From Myxococcales bacterium (GTDB lineage: Bacteria > Myxococcota_A > Polyangia > Polyangiales > Polyangiaceae), in the NCBI GenBank assembly GCA_043747615.1, contig JAYTOU010000016.1, positions 10,414 to 74,413 of the forward strand: a DNA stretch of 64,000 nt, in the 5' to 3' direction. This document shows positions 37,709 to 48,090 of the stretch, in pieces. The stretch's first letter is position 1; each line of letters opens with the position of its first letter. Under the pieces are notes generated by a model. It ran no database searches. It was not told the DNA's origin and saw nothing but the letters and a program-made list of their open reading frames with translations. Made by a program: the position numbers and the translations under genes.

Positions 37709-39520
37709 CTATAGGAACGGATTCAGGTGTGGCTCGGCGTTGGGCGCTCGGACGCCCAGACGCACACGATGAACGACGGCGAGTGCGAGGAGACAGAACA
37801 TCGCGAACGTGAGCGCGCTCACGAGAATCTGCATGGCGCGCGTCGGACTCCACGCGACCCAGCCGATGGTGAAGACCACCGCGCTCACGGACAGAGGAAT
37901 GATCCACCGCCAGCAAATGCTCATGCGGTCCGCGAGGCGCAGACGGGGGAGCGTTGCGCGGAGGGATAGCGCTGCGAGGATGAGGAGCCACGCCTTCAAG
38001 AGAAAGAGCGCGCTGCCCGCAATTTCGAGCCAAACATGCGCCTCTTGCTCGCCCGGAGCGAGCCCGGGCACTTGCCAGCCACCGAGAAATAGCGCTGCTG
38101 CCATGCCCGAGAGCACGGAGAGATGCGCCCACTCGAGCGCGAAGAGGAAGGCGCGATCGCGAAGAGGCGGGCCCTTGATCGATAGCTCGAGCGCAGGGAG
38201 AGGGCCTTCCGGCGGGTCGGCGTGCTCCGCCGCAAGCGTGGTGCTCATGAAAAGAAAGAAGAGAGCGAACAGAACCGGGTTGCGGAAGGCGTACCAGTCC
38301 CAGGGTGCGCCACCCTGGGCGCGAATGATTTCTTGAAGGCGCAGGGAGCCGGTCATCATCACGATACAGATGATGGCGAGGCCCGCCGGGAGCTCGGCGC
38401 TTAGGAGGTGTGCGGCAGCTTGAAAACCACGGCGGACGCGCGATCCGCGCTGGCCCGCAGTGAGCGCACGGATGGTCACCAAGGCGGCTACCATCACCAC
38501 GAAGACCACCGCGACGTCGAGATCGGTCGTCAGAATCGAGGTACGGAAAGGGATGGCTACGAAGACGGCGCTGACTCCGGCTACGAGGAGTCGGCCGGGA
38601 AGATTTGCTCGAAGGGCTGACAAGAAGGGCGTTTTCGAGCTGCTCACGCCGAGTCGGAGCCCCACCCAACGAAGGACCTCGACGTACGGCGAGACGAAGA
38701 GCGCGATAGCCAGAGCAACGCCGAAGAGGATGAGCGCGGCCGCGAACAGGTCGGTGGGACCATCGGGCTTGAAGCCATCGAGCCTCACTTCGCGCAGATC
38801 CTCGCCAGGGAGCGCCGCTCCGAGGCGACGAATTCCCAAGGTCGCCACCGAGGCATGACCGGGTGGAACCGCGTCGCCGGGCGAGCTCACGCGCACGCCG
38901 TTGAACGAGGAGAGCACGTCACTCGGAAGAATTCCGGCTTGTGCGGCGGGAGATCTCGGATCGACGCTCTCGACGAGCAGACCTCCAGACCCCGGAACTT
39001 GCGCCGCGGGATGAATGCCCATGAAGAGAAGAGCCCGCTCGCCCTCCTTGCCGCGCGCTTCGAGGGCCGCGCTCTTGACGAGGGGCGGACGAAAATCGAC
39101 GGACACGCGGTGGAGCGTGCTGCTGATGGGCGGCGCACCGTGGGCGAGCGCGGGGAAAGAGACCTCGACGTCCCCTTCGAAGGTGGTGTGCGAGGCGCGG
39201 TCCCCTGATCCACAGAACAGGGCCTCCATGGCCTCGGTGTAGGTGAGCTCGATGGACTGGGCGCTGGTAACCACGCCCTCGGCCTCGATTTCAGCGCCGC
39301 TCAAAGACGGTTGTCCCGGTCGATGGAGCGCGCCTCGGAAGGCGACATGGGCCGTTTTTCCCTGGGGAAAACCGCTGCCGGCGATCTCGAGCATGTCCCC
39401 GACCTCGGCCTCGCGCGGGGCGAAATCGAGCACCTGAATGAGCTCGGGGGTGCTCTCACGCTGGCAGCCCAAACCTGCGAGAGTAAGCAGGACGAAGGCC
39501 AGAAAAGCGCGCATCTGCAT
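37709..39520 (-). CDS. nuoH: Lipobox-TIG-PDZ fused to a degenerate NuoH-like membrane domain
   Basis: GAGG RBS, GLGC lipobox, P..AEVGD.LEIAGSGF (TIG-like) and LLVESVDPRSPAAQAGILPSDV (PDZ). C-terminal LSAELP, GSLRL.EI..AQ, LFLGGW and LRATLPRLR. Confidence 0.78.
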   Translation of the reverse strand: MQMRAFLAFVLLTLAGLGCQRESTPELIQVLDFAPREAEVGDMLEIAGSGFPQGKTAHVAFRGALHRPGQPSLSGAEIEAEGVVTSAQSIELTYTEAMEALFCGSGDRASHTTFEGDVEVSFPALAHGAPPISSTLHRVSVDFRPPLVKSAALEARGKEGERALLFMGIHPAAQVPGSGGLLVESVDPRSPAAQAGILPSDVLSSFNGVRVSSPGDAVPPGHASVATLGIRRLGAALPGEDLREVRLDGFKPDGPTDLFAAALILFGVALAIALFVSPYVEVLRWVGLRLGVSSSKTPFLSALRANLPGRLLVAGVSAVFVAIPFRTSILTTDLDVAVVFVVMVAALVTIRALTAGQRGSRVRRGFQAAAHLLSAELPAGLAIICIVMMTGSLRLQEIIRAQGGAPWDWYAFRNPVLFALFFLFMSTTLAAEHADPPEGPLPALELSIKGPPLRDRAFLFALEWAHLSVLSGMAAALFLGGWQVPGLAPGEQEAHVWLEIAGSALFLLKAWLLILAALSLRATLPRLRLADRMSICWRWIIPLSVSAVVFTIGWVAWSPTRAMQILVSALTFAMFCLLALAVVHRVRLGVRAPNAEPHLNPFL

Positions 39521-39639
39521 GTCCTCTCTCTATAGAACGCTGCCATGCCACTGGTCGAAATCCTGACGAGAGATATCCCGCAGAGACTTCCTGCACCGAC
39601 AGCCCAGGCGCGCTAATCTACGTCGCATGCGAACTAGCG

Positions 39640-39947
39640 TTGGTTTCCAAGTTCTTCGCAGTCACCGGGCACGAGCATCAGCTCGGCACCAAGGTCAGCA
39701 TCGAGACGGCCGCCAGCAAAATGCCCCGGGCACGTCGATCTACGACATCCCCAACTGGAACTGGGCCGAGCCTACGACGGCCCGTATGGCTCCTCCGATC
39801 AGCCTACCGGAGGGCGGGGGCTTTTTCTGGGCGTACTACTACCCGAGCCACGGCTCGAAGGTCTGCTTCCACAGCGACAAGGTGTCCGGCGGCATCAACG
39901 TCTGCTGCCCGGGGGATATCCTCTGCGGGCTCGTGAACAAGCCCTGA
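39640..39947 (+). pseudogene. Remnant of a copper type II monooxygenase C-terminal-like domain
   Basis: FFAVTGHEHQLGT in one frame, and IYD..NWNWAEP...PP..LPEGGGF/FWAYYYP in another. No upstream domain is present. Confidence 0.5.
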
Positions 39948-39948
39948 C

Positions 39949-41061
39949 ATGTCGACCGTCTACGCGGTGATCATGGCAGGGGGTGCTGGAACTCGATTCT
40001 GGCCTGCTTCCCGAGCGGAAACTCCGAAGCAACTCTTGCCCCTCGGCGGAAATCCGAACGAGTCGCTGCTGGCTGCGACGGTACGCCGGCTCTCGCCGCT
40101 CATCGAGCCGCGTCACGTGTTCATCGCAACAGGAACGCGCCTCCAGGCAGCGACGGCGCTCGCAGTCCCGAGCGTCCCGCGCGCGCAGATCCTGGCTGAG
40201 CCCATTCCCCGAAACACGGCGCCATGCATCGGCTGGGCAACGGCTACGATCGCGCGCGTCGATCCGGAAGCGATCATCGCCGTGCTCCCTAGCGATCATT
40301 TCATCACCGACGAGGCCGGGTTTCGCACGACCGTGGCGGCAGCTCTCGAGGGCGCGTGCGCCGGATACCTGACTACGATCGGCGTCGTGCCCACCCGCGC
40401 GGAGACCGGCTACGGCTACATCGAGATCGGAAAAGAAGTAGACCCCCAGCCTGCGCAGCACCTGAGCGCGCTCAAGCTTCTGGCAGTGGAGCGCTTCGTC
40501 GAAAAGCCGAACGCAACGCTCGCCGAGGAGTACGTCCGCGGAAAAAAGCACCTGTGGAACGCGGGGATGTTTTTTTTCAAAGCGAGCGCGATGCTGCGCG
40601 CGATTGACGAGCATCTCCCCGAGCTCGGCGTCGGACTGAAGAAGCTCGATCGCGCGGCCAAGAAGGGAGAAGAAGAGGCGGAGCTCGCTGCGCTCTTTCC
40701 TTCCTTTCCGTCCATTTCGATCGATCACGGCGTCATGGAGAAGGCCTCCCGCTTGGCGGTCGTTCAAGGCGAATTTGGCTGGAATGACGTCGGCAGCTGG
40801 CAGAGCGCGTGGGAGCTTGCACGGAAAACGGACGCCGGAAACGCTCTGAGCGATGGATCCATCGCGGTAGACGCGCGCGGAAATTTGGTTCGCGATCTCA
40901 CCACAGGCGCGAAGAAAAAAGTGGTGGCGTTGGTAGGCGTGAACGATCTCGTCGTCGTGGAGACGGACGACGCAATCTTGATCATCCCACGCGATCGCGC
41001 GCAGGACGTTCGCGCAGTCGTGGACGAGCTACGGGCCCGCGGCGATCTCCACTTGGTCTAA
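39949..41061 (+). CDS. manC: Mannose-1-phosphate guanylyltransferase
   Basis: VIMAGGAGTRFWPASR..PKQ, EP..RNTAP, FVEKP, WNAGMF, SIDHGVMEK and WNDVGSW motifs. Confidence 0.93.
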   Translation: MSTVYAVIMAGGAGTRFWPASRAETPKQLLPLGGNPNESLLAATVRRLSPLIEPRHVFIATGTRLQAATALAVPSVPRAQILAEPIPRNTAPCIGWATATIARVDPEAIIAVLPSDHFITDEAGFRTTVAAALEGACAGYLTTIGVVPTRAETGYGYIEIGKEVDPQPAQHLSALKLLAVERFVEKPNATLAEEYVRGKKHLWNAGMFFFKASAMLRAIDEHLPELGVGLKKLDRAAKKGEEEAELAALFPSFPSISIDHGVMEKASRLAVVQGEFGWNDVGSWQSAWELARKTDAGNALSDGSIAVDARGNLVRDLTTGAKKKVVALVGVNDLVVVETDDAILIIPRDRAQDVRAVVDELRARGDLHLV

Positions 41062-41070
41062 GAGCTTAGA

Positions 41071-43242
41071 TCAGGTTCGCCACTTGCGAGAGGCCTTCTT
41101 CGGAGCCGCAGCGGGCGATGCAGCCTGCTTGCCGCGAGGCGCCCCCGACGTTGCACGGGCACGCGTGGAGCTCCCGCGCTTCGTGGTGCCCGAGGGGGTC
41201 TTCTTTCGCTTTGCGCCATAAGGCTCGAACGCGTCCATGATGGCCGGGTTGCCCGACACGCCGGCGAGACCCTCCATCCGTTTCAGCTCGTCCCGGAGAC
41301 GCGCCGCTTTTTCGAACTCGAGGTTCTCTGCCGCCTCGAACATCTCAAGGCGGACGGCCTGAATCTGCTCAGCGAGATCGACGTCGGGATCTGCTCCGTC
41401 AGCGCGCGGCTTTTTGGGGACGTTGAAGTAGTCGATGGTCCCTGCGGCCGGGTTGATGTTCATCACGGCGCGCACGATCGTCGTCGGAATGATGCCGTGC
41501 TTTTCGTTGTACGCCTCTTGGAGCGCGCGCCGCCGCGTCGTCTCCTCGATCGCGTACTTCATCGCTGCGGTCTCGTGATCGGCGTACATGATGACCCGCC
41601 CGTTCACATTCCGCGCAGCTCGTCCCATGGTCTGGATGAGCGAACGCGGACTGCGCAGAAAGCCCTCCTTGTCGGCATCGAAGATCGCCACGAGTGAGAC
41701 TTCGGGGAGATCGAGCCCCTCGCGCAGGAGGTTGATGCCCACGAGAACGTCGAACTCCCCCATTCGTAAATCGCGCAAAATTTCGATGCGATCGAGAGTC
41801 TCCACGTCGGAGTGCAAGTAGCGAATGCGCACCCCGAGCTCTCGGTAGTAGTCGGTGAGGTCCTCCGCCATCCGCTTGGTGAGGGTGGTGCAAAGAACGC
41901 GTTCGTTCTTCTTCACCCGATCGCGTATCTCCGCGAGAAGGTCGTCGACCTGCCCGGAAACCGGCCGCACTTCGATCTGTGGCTCGGTCAGCCCGGTGGG
42001 CCGAATGAGCTGCTGGACCACCACGCCGCCCGTCTTCGTGAGCTCGTACTCACCTGGGGTCGCCGACACGTAAATGCACTGCCGCACCCGCGCTTCGAAC
42101 TCTTCGAACTTCAGGGGGCGATTGTCGAGCGCGCTCGGAAGGCGGAAGCCGTACTCCACGAGCGTCTCTTTTCGGGCGCGATCTCCGCGGTACATGGCGC
42201 CGACCTGGGAGACCGATTGGTGCGATTCATCGATGATCATCAAGAAATCGTCCGGGAAATAATCGAGCAGCGTGGGCGGCGGGTCCCCGGGGTTTCGCCC
42301 CGAGAGGTGGCGCGAATAGTTTTCGATGCCGTTGCAAAAGCCCATCTGCTCGATCATTTCGATGTCGTACTGGGTTCGCTGCTCGAGCCTCTGTTTCTCG
42401 AGGAAGCGTCCCTCCTTGTCGAAGAAGGCTAGGCGCTCCTGCAGCTCCTCGCGGATCGTGCCGATGGCGCGGCGCATCTGCTCCTGCGGCGTGACGTAGT
42501 GCGAGCCGGGGTAAATCGCGTAGCGCTCGAGCGTGCCTTTGAGCTTTCCCCGAAGCGGATCCACCTCTTTGATGGCCTCGATCACGTCTCCGAAAAATTC
42601 GATCCGGATCGCCGTCTCTTGCTCGTAGGCCGGGAACACTTCGACGATGTCGCCGCGCACTCGAAACGTTCCACGATGGAAGTCGAGATCGTTTCGTTCG
42701 TACTGAATGTCGACCAGCATGCGGAGGAGATTGTCGCGGCGGAATTCCTCCCCGACCTTCAGGTCGATCAAGAGGCCGTGGTAGCTCTCGGCGCTGCCGA
42801 TACCGTAGATGCAGCTCACAGAGGCCACGATGATCACGTCGCGCCGCGAGAGCAGTGAGTGCGTCGCCGCATGCCGCATTCGATCGATGGCGTCGTTGAC
42901 GATCGAGTCTTTGTCGATATACGTGTCGCTCGAGGGGACGTACGCCTCGGGCTGGTAGTAGTCGTAGTAGCTGACGAAATACTGCACGCCGCAGCTCGGA
43001 AAGAGCTCCTTCATCTCGCCGTAAAGCTGCGCAGCGAGCGTCTTGTTCGGGGCGAGGATCAGCGTCGGTTTTTGCGACGCTTGGATGACGTTGGCGATCG
43101 TGAACGTCTTTCCCGATCCGGTGATCCCCAGGAGAACTTGGTACCGCTCTCCGCGTGCGAGCCCCTCGGTCAGTTCCTTGATGGCCTGGGGCTGATCCCC
43201 CTTCGGTTCGAAGACGGTCGAGAGCTGGAAGTCGGGCGGCAT
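41071..43242 (-). CDS. uvrB: Excinuclease ABC subunit B
   Basis: Start at [41 protein letters not shown] and a C-terminal UVR motif. Confidence 0.97.
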   Translation of the reverse strand: MPPDFQLSTVFEPKGDQPQAIKELTEGLARGERYQVLLGITGSGKTFTIANVIQASQKPTLILAPNKTLAAQLYGEMKELFPSCGVQYFVSYYDYYQPEAYVPSSDTYIDKDSIVNDAIDRMRHAATHSLLSRRDVIIVASVSCIYGIGSAESYHGLLIDLKVGEEFRRDNLLRMLVDIQYERNDLDFHRGTFRVRGDIVEVFPAYEQETAIRIEFFGDVIEAIKEVDPLRGKLKGTLERYAIYPGSHYVTPQEQMRRAIGTIREELQERLAFFDKEGRFLEKQRLEQRTQYDIEMIEQMGFCNGIENYSRHLSGRNPGDPPPTLLDYFPDDFLMIIDESHQSVSQVGAMYRGDRARKETLVEYGFRLPSALDNRPLKFEEFEARVRQCIYVSATPGEYELTKTGGVVVQQLIRPTGLTEPQIEVRPVSGQVDDLLAEIRDRVKKNERVLCTTLTKRMAEDLTDYYRELGVRIRYLHSDVETLDRIEILRDLRMGEFDVLVGINLLREGLDLPEVSLVAIFDADKEGFLRSPRSLIQTMGRAARNVNGRVIMYADHETAAMKYAIEETTRRRALQEAYNEKHGIIPTTIVRAVMNINPAAGTIDYFNVPKKPRADGADPDVDLAEQIQAVRLEMFEAAENLEFEKAARLRDELKRMEGLAGVSGNPAIMDAFEPYGAKRKKTPSGTTKRGSSTRARATSGAPRGKQAASPAAAPKKASRKWRT

Positions 43243-43301
43243 TGGCACTTCATCTTTCTCACGGTTTTGCGCGAGCGCAAGTGTGCTAATTTGCCGAGTC
43301 A

Positions 43302-44255
43302 GTGCCGGACAATCCTTCTTCGCCGCCTCTTCCGTCGATGGTTCCGCCGCCATCTGTACCGCCCCCGCCGAGCCGCGCTCCGGCTGCACTTTTTCCCGTC
43401 GCGTTCCTCGGGATGGGAAGCATGGGCGCGCCGATGGCGGCCAACATCGCCCGGAAGGGGTTCACGCTTTCGGTGTGGAATCGGTCGCACGAACGAGCCT
43501 CCGCGCTCGTGACCCTCGGCGCGAAGCCTAAATCCACGCCGCGTGAATGCGTGCAGGGTGCACGGGTCATCGTCACCATGCTGAGCGACGAAAAAGCGCT
43601 GTTCGACGTTCTCCTGGGCGACGACGGTGTGCTCGTCGGAGCCGAGAGGGATGCGGTCATCGTCGACATGTCGACCGTCGGGCGCGCTGCTGCCCTGAAG
43701 GCTGCGCACTTGGCCAAGGACGCGGGGCTACGGTTCGTCGACGCTCCGGTAAGCGGCTCGACGGGCCCGGCGGAAAAAGGGGAGCTCGTCGCGCTGGTCG
43801 GTGGCCGGTTGAACGACGTCACCCGCGCACAACCGGTGATCCTCGCCATGTGCAAGCGAATCATCCACGCCGGAGATGTCGGGCAGGGGCAAGCGCTGAA
43901 GGTGGTCGTCAACGGGATCGGCGCCCATCACCTCGTAGCGTTCACCAGCATGCTCGTCCTTGGTGAGCGCGCGGGCATTGCGCGACGCACACTCGTAGAA
44001 GCTTTCACCACGGGTGCCTTTGCATCACCGAGCTACATCGGCAAAAAAGAAAAGGTGATGGCGAAGGATTTTTCGCCGCAGTTCAGCCTCGATCTCACTC
44101 TGAAGGACATGCGCCTCAACGCAGAGCTCCAGGAGGAGGTGGGCCTCCCCCTCCCCGTTCACCGTGAAATTAATCGAGCGATCGAGAAAGCAGTCGAGGA
44201 CGGCCTCGGCGAAGAAGATCTCTTCGCGCTCGAAAAGTACTACCGCTCCCTCTGA
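43302..44255 (+). CDS. Beta-hydroxyacid dehydrogenase family NAD(P)-dependent oxidoreductase
   Basis: [32 protein letters not shown] and KDM motifs. Confidence 0.88.
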   Translation: MPDNPSSPPLPSMVPPPSVPPPPSRAPAALFPVAFLGMGSMGAPMAANIARKGFTLSVWNRSHERASALVTLGAKPKSTPRECVQGARVIVTMLSDEKALFDVLLGDDGVLVGAERDAVIVDMSTVGRAAALKAAHLAKDAGLRFVDAPVSGSTGPAEKGELVALVGGRLNDVTRAQPVILAMCKRIIHAGDVGQGQALKVVVNGIGAHHLVAFTSMLVLGERAGIARRTLVEAFTTGAFASPSYIGKKEKVMAKDFSPQFSLDLTLKDMRLNAELQEEVGLPLPVHREINRAIEKAVEDGLGEEDLFALEKYYRSL

Positions 44256-44274
44256 CCTGGCTCCCGAGGGGCAC

Positions 44275-45432
44275 CTAGTCGGGTTCGGTGCGCGCGACGA
44301 GCGACGGGCTTCCGCTGAACACGATGGCGTCGAGGAGAGCTGCGTCGTCCTCCACGAGCGCGAGCGCCGGGTGATCCCGCTCGATGGCGATGCGGGCGCC
44401 TGCATCCGGGAAGCCGCAGGCATTGGCTCCAAAGATCGAACCTTCGCGCCAGAGCCGCGACGCCGGCGTTTCTTCTGCGGTCTCAAAGGTGACCCGAGTG
44501 CGCGTACGGAGGCGCTCGTGCGTCTCGAGCGAGCGGAGGTCGTCGATGGGGTCGGTGATGACATGGCTGTCGATTCCCGTGCACAGCCGCACGTCGTTTG
44601 CGCGGAGCGACCCGATGTCCGGAAGGCCGTCGCCGAGATCGCGCTCCGTCGTTGCACAGATGCAGGCGAAGCCCCTTGATCTTCCGAGGAGCGCAGCCTC
44701 ATGCGGCTCGAGGTGAGTCGCGTGCACGGCGGCGAACCGCGGCGACAGAACGCCAAGATCAGCGAGCAGCTCCAAGGGGCGACGCGACGTTTCCGCGAGG
44801 CACTCGTCCACCTCGCGCGCTTGCTCCGCGACGTGCATGTGAAACGGGAGCAGATGCTCCTCGGCGTAGGCCGCGAGTGGCCCCAGCCAGCTCGGCGGAA
44901 CGGCACGAACGGAATGGGGCGCGACGCCGATCCGCACGTTGGGATCGTCTTTGTAGAGTGCACGCAATTGCTCGACGTCCCGCACCACGTCGTCCAGGGA
45001 GGGATCGCAAAACCTCCGCTGACCTTCTTCAGCGGGGCGTCCGGGGCCCGCGCGATGGTAGGCGACGCGCAGAAGGCAAATGCGCAAACCCTCTTCTTTT
45101 GCTGCTTGAATCACGGTTTGAGCGAGCAGCGTGCGGTCGTCGTAGGGAGTGCCGTTCGCCTGATGCTGGATGTAATGAAACTCTCCGACGGTGTGCACGC
45201 CAGCGCGCGCGAGCTCCCGAAAAGCGACCCTGCTGTAGCGCGCAATCGATTCGGGCGTGAGTGACGTCGCCAGACGGTACATCTGCCCGCGCCACGTCCA
45301 GAAGTCGTCTCGGCTCGTGCCCTTGCGCTGGGAGGTGCCGCGCATGGCCCGCTGAAAGGCGTGGGAATGAGCGGTGGTCAGCGCCGGAAGCCGGATCGTG
45401 CGACGATCGCCCGAGAGCTCGATGAGGCTCAT
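44275..45432 (-). CDS. hutF: Formimidoylglutamate deiminase
   Basis: Start at MSLIEL. AHSHAFQRAMRG, DDFWTWR, GEFHY, APHSVRAV, HMHVAEQ, TERDLGDG and GIDSH motifs. Confidence 0.88.
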   Translation of the reverse strand: MSLIELSGDRRTIRLPALTTAHSHAFQRAMRGTSQRKGTSRDDFWTWRGQMYRLATSLTPESIARYSRVAFRELARAGVHTVGEFHYIQHQANGTPYDDRTLLAQTVIQAAKEEGLRICLLRVAYHRAGPGRPAEEGQRRFCDPSLDDVVRDVEQLRALYKDDPNVRIGVAPHSVRAVPPSWLGPLAAYAEEHLLPFHMHVAEQAREVDECLAETSRRPLELLADLGVLSPRFAAVHATHLEPHEAALLGRSRGFACICATTERDLGDGLPDIGSLRANDVRLCTGIDSHVITDPIDDLRSLETHERLRTRTRVTFETAEETPASRLWREGSIFGANACGFPDAGARIAIERDHPALALVEDDAALLDAIVFSGSPSLVARTEPD

Positions 45433-45434
45433 TT

Positions 45435-45983
45435 TTACTGGCGCATCTCGCGGGCGCTTTGCTTCGTGACGTAGAACTGGCGCGGCCAGTGGCGGTAGTA
45501 CGTGGTGCGGAGGACAGGCCCGCCGTCGTTGGGATCGAGATCGTCTGCGAACTTTCCGACCAGACGGACGAGCGAGCCTCCGCCGACGGACTCGGCCCCC
45601 ACGTCGTCCTCGGGGCGGAGGGAGACGAGCGCGTGCACGGTTCCGAAGTCGCGATCGCTCACCGTGACCCGGCAGGAGTCTTCGTCGTTTCCGTTGTCGC
45701 AGAGGTTGCGCGGCTCGAGGCGCCTCACGCTCATCGTCAGGTAGGCGCCGCCGTTCGCACCCGGCGTGCGATTGATCACGACACCGAAGAGGAACGTGGG
45801 GCTGCGGCGCCAATCTTCGGGCTGACGCGAAATCATGATCGGGTCGTATTCGCGCACGCCGGCGGCGGCCGTCTCCTCGTCACCGAGAGGTATGTAGCGC
45901 GGAGCGTGACCGTACGGGCCGGCGCCCGCGCATCCGAGAACGAGGGCCAGCGCCGCAGACACCGCCAAATTCAGCGTTTTCAT
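45435..45983 (-). CDS. Lipoprotein, possible Slp-like OB-fold
   Basis: Lipobox VLGC and a beta-rich domain. The fold call is weak. Confidence 0.65.
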   Translation of the reverse strand: MKTLNLAVSAALALVLGCAGAGPYGHAPRYIPLGDEETAAAGVREYDPIMISRQPEDWRRSPTFLFGVVINRTPGANGGAYLTMSVRRLEPRNLCDNGNDEDSCRVTVSDRDFGTVHALVSLRPEDDVGAESVGGGSLVRLVGKFADDLDPNDGGPVLRTTYYRHWPRQFYVTKQSAREMRQ

Positions 45984-46031
45984 CTGACGGGCATCAAAGC
46001 GAAAAGCGAGAAGCCTCGCAAGCCCTGCTTT

Positions 46032-48050
46032 TCAGGCTGCGCTGGCTCGAAGACGGAGGGCCATCTCCACTGCCATCAGGCCGAGGAGAAAGAGGGCCAC
46101 GGCCCACGAGATGTCGACCGACGCGTGGGTGTCTCCCAGCCCTTGACCGTGCGAGCTCTTGCCGATCGCGCGCGAACGGAGATCGAGCTCGCGGACCGCG
46201 GGAGCCGCGACGTGTAGCTCGGTTTTGTTCCCCTCGAACTTCACCCGGTACGTGCCGATGACCGGCGGTGTCGCGCGGAGCGTTTGATCGTCGCGGGCGA
46301 CCTCGATCGGCCCCGACGGCCCGTCTACGGATACGGCCCGCGCGCTCGGAAGATTCCACGACACGCCCACGTCGCCTCGACGCGGGGCGGCACGCAGGCG
46401 CGCTTTTTCCGTCCAGGCATCGAGGAGCGAAAGGAATCCCGGCCGCAGCGTGAGGTCGCTCGTCTCGACCGCGAAGGGGAGCGTCACCACCCAGATTTCT
46501 CCGCGACCGAGGGCACGCCTGGCGACCATCGGCGCTCCGTCCTGCCACGCGAGCAGCGATTCGAACTCGCGCGCATCATCCGGAGCAAGCGTTGCCCGAT
46601 GCGATGCCCCCAGATCGACGAGGCTTGTGACGCCTTCGACGAGTGCGGCGCGTGCGCTCGCGGCATCGGCACCAGGAGACGTGTTCGCCGCCCAACCGAC
46701 GCCGTGCGTGAGGGCGGGCTCGAACGACGCACCGAGCGGAGCGGCGGCCGCGCGCGGACCGAGCGCAAGCAGAGCGACTTTTCCATCGGCAATGAACGCC
46801 GCGAGCGCATGGCGTTGTTCTGGCGTAAATCCCGGGGGATCGTCGACGATGATGCCGACGAAGGAGCTTAAGTCCTCCGCGCGATCAGGGAGCACGGGGA
46901 GCGGTCGCACCGCGATGTCGAGCTTGAGCGCCGCTAGCGCTTGCTCCACGACAGGAGCTCCACCCGTTGCCGCGCCTTCGTCCGCCGTGTCGGCAACGAC
47001 TGCAACCGCGCCGGGGCCAGCCTCCGCCATCACCGGCGCCGTGTCGTCGGAAGCGATGGCGTCGCTTCCGGTGAGCTTCACGATCAGCGCGCCGCGTTCT
47101 TCGACCTGAGCGTTGGGATCGCCGCCGATCGTGAGCGTGGCCTCGCCGCGAAATGCTCCGCCTGACGAAGGTCCGGCGGGCGCTGCGACTTTGGCGACCA
47201 CAGTCTCGCCATCCATCAGCACGATTTCGCGGCCGGCGGCGCTCGCTTCATGGCTGCACGCGATTCGCACCTTTACCCGACCGCCCACGCGATCGGCGCT
47301 GAGCACGCCGCAATCGACGGCACCAGGCGCGCTCAATTCGGGAAGCGCCACCCACACCGGAAGGCTGCCCTCTTCGCCAATCGCGGGAGCGTCAGGCTGC
47401 CCGTCGGCGAGATCGCTGAGGACGACGACACGGCGATCGACCTGCGGGAGCTGACTGACGAGCGCCCTGGCGATGGTGATCGCGCCGTCGAGATCGGTCG
47501 CGCGATCGCTCTCCTTCAGGCTGTCGAGGGCTGCACGTGCCGCGCCGAGATCGGTCGTCGCCGCGAGGGCCACGCGGGCGGGAGCTCCGGCGAGAACGAG
47601 CGCCACGGCATCGCCTTCCCGGGCGGAGGTCATGAGCTCGCGCGCCCCTTCTCGGGCGACTTCGAAGCGCGTCCGGCGATCGAGACGCTTTGCGCCGAGC
47701 AAGCCGTCTTTGGCATCTGGATCGATCATGGCGCGCATGCTCATCGAATCATCGACCACGATGGCCATGGCCACCGAGGCGCCCGACGAGCGCTGCAGCG
47801 AGAGGCGCGAGCAACGCACGAGTGGCGACGCCCCGAGAACGGCGAGCGCCAACACGGCGAGGCCACGCGTCCCGAACAGAGCGACGTCCTCGAGTTGCGC
47901 ACGGCGGCGAGCACGCGGGGGAGCAGGCGGAACGAGGTGCGCGGCGGCAAACGGACGATCGTCGGCCCGGCGACGCCGCAGGCGATGCGCGAAGTAAGGC
48001 ACTGCCACCAAAAATCCGACGGCAAGCGCGAGCGCGGTAACGAAGCTCAC
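46032..48050 (-). CDS. BatA + VWA domain membrane protein
   Basis: N-terminal MSF...P..AH (BatA-like), MIDAS DDSMSM, LSDL and a C-terminal TM. Confidence 0.85.
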   Translation of the reverse strand: MSFVTALALAVGFLVAVPYFAHRLRRRRADDRPFAAAHLVPPAPPRARRRAQLEDVALFGTRGLAVLALAVLGASPLVRCSRLSLQRSSGASVAMAIVVDDSMSMRAMIDPDAKDGLLGAKRLDRRTRFEVAREGARELMTSAREGDAVALVLAGAPARVALAATTDLGAARAALDSLKESDRATDLDGAITIARALVSQLPQVDRRVVVLSDLADGQPDAPAIGEEGSLPVWVALPELSAPGAVDCGVLSADRVGGRVKVRIACSHEASAAGREIVLMDGETVVAKVAAPAGPSSGGAFRGEATLTIGGDPNAQVEERGALIVKLTGSDAIASDDTAPVMAEAGPGAVAVVADTADEGAATGGAPVVEQALAALKLDIAVRPLPVLPDRAEDLSSFVGIIVDDPPGFTPEQRHALAAFIADGKVALLALGPRAAAAPLGASFEPALTHGVGWAANTSPGADAASARAALVEGVTSLVDLGASHRATLAPDDAREFESLLAWQDGAPMVARRALGRGEIWVVTLPFAVETSDLTLRPGFLSLLDAWTEKARLRAAPRRGDVGVSWNLPSARAVSVDGPSGPIEVARDDQTLRATPPVIGTYRVKFEGNKTELHVAAPAVRELDLRSRAIGKSSHGQGLGDTHASVDISWAVALFLLGLMAVEMALRLRASAA

Positions 48051-48090
48051 GACAGACGAGCTAGCACGGTGAGCGGCTTCGGGTCATGAT

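Noticed and set aside
32603..39520. Calling the cluster an Mrp antiporter, DAB carbon pump or Ech/Hyf hydrogenase
   Set aside because: No MrpB/C/E/F/G, DabA or hydrogenase subunits are in the window, and the motifs read closest to NuoH/L/M.
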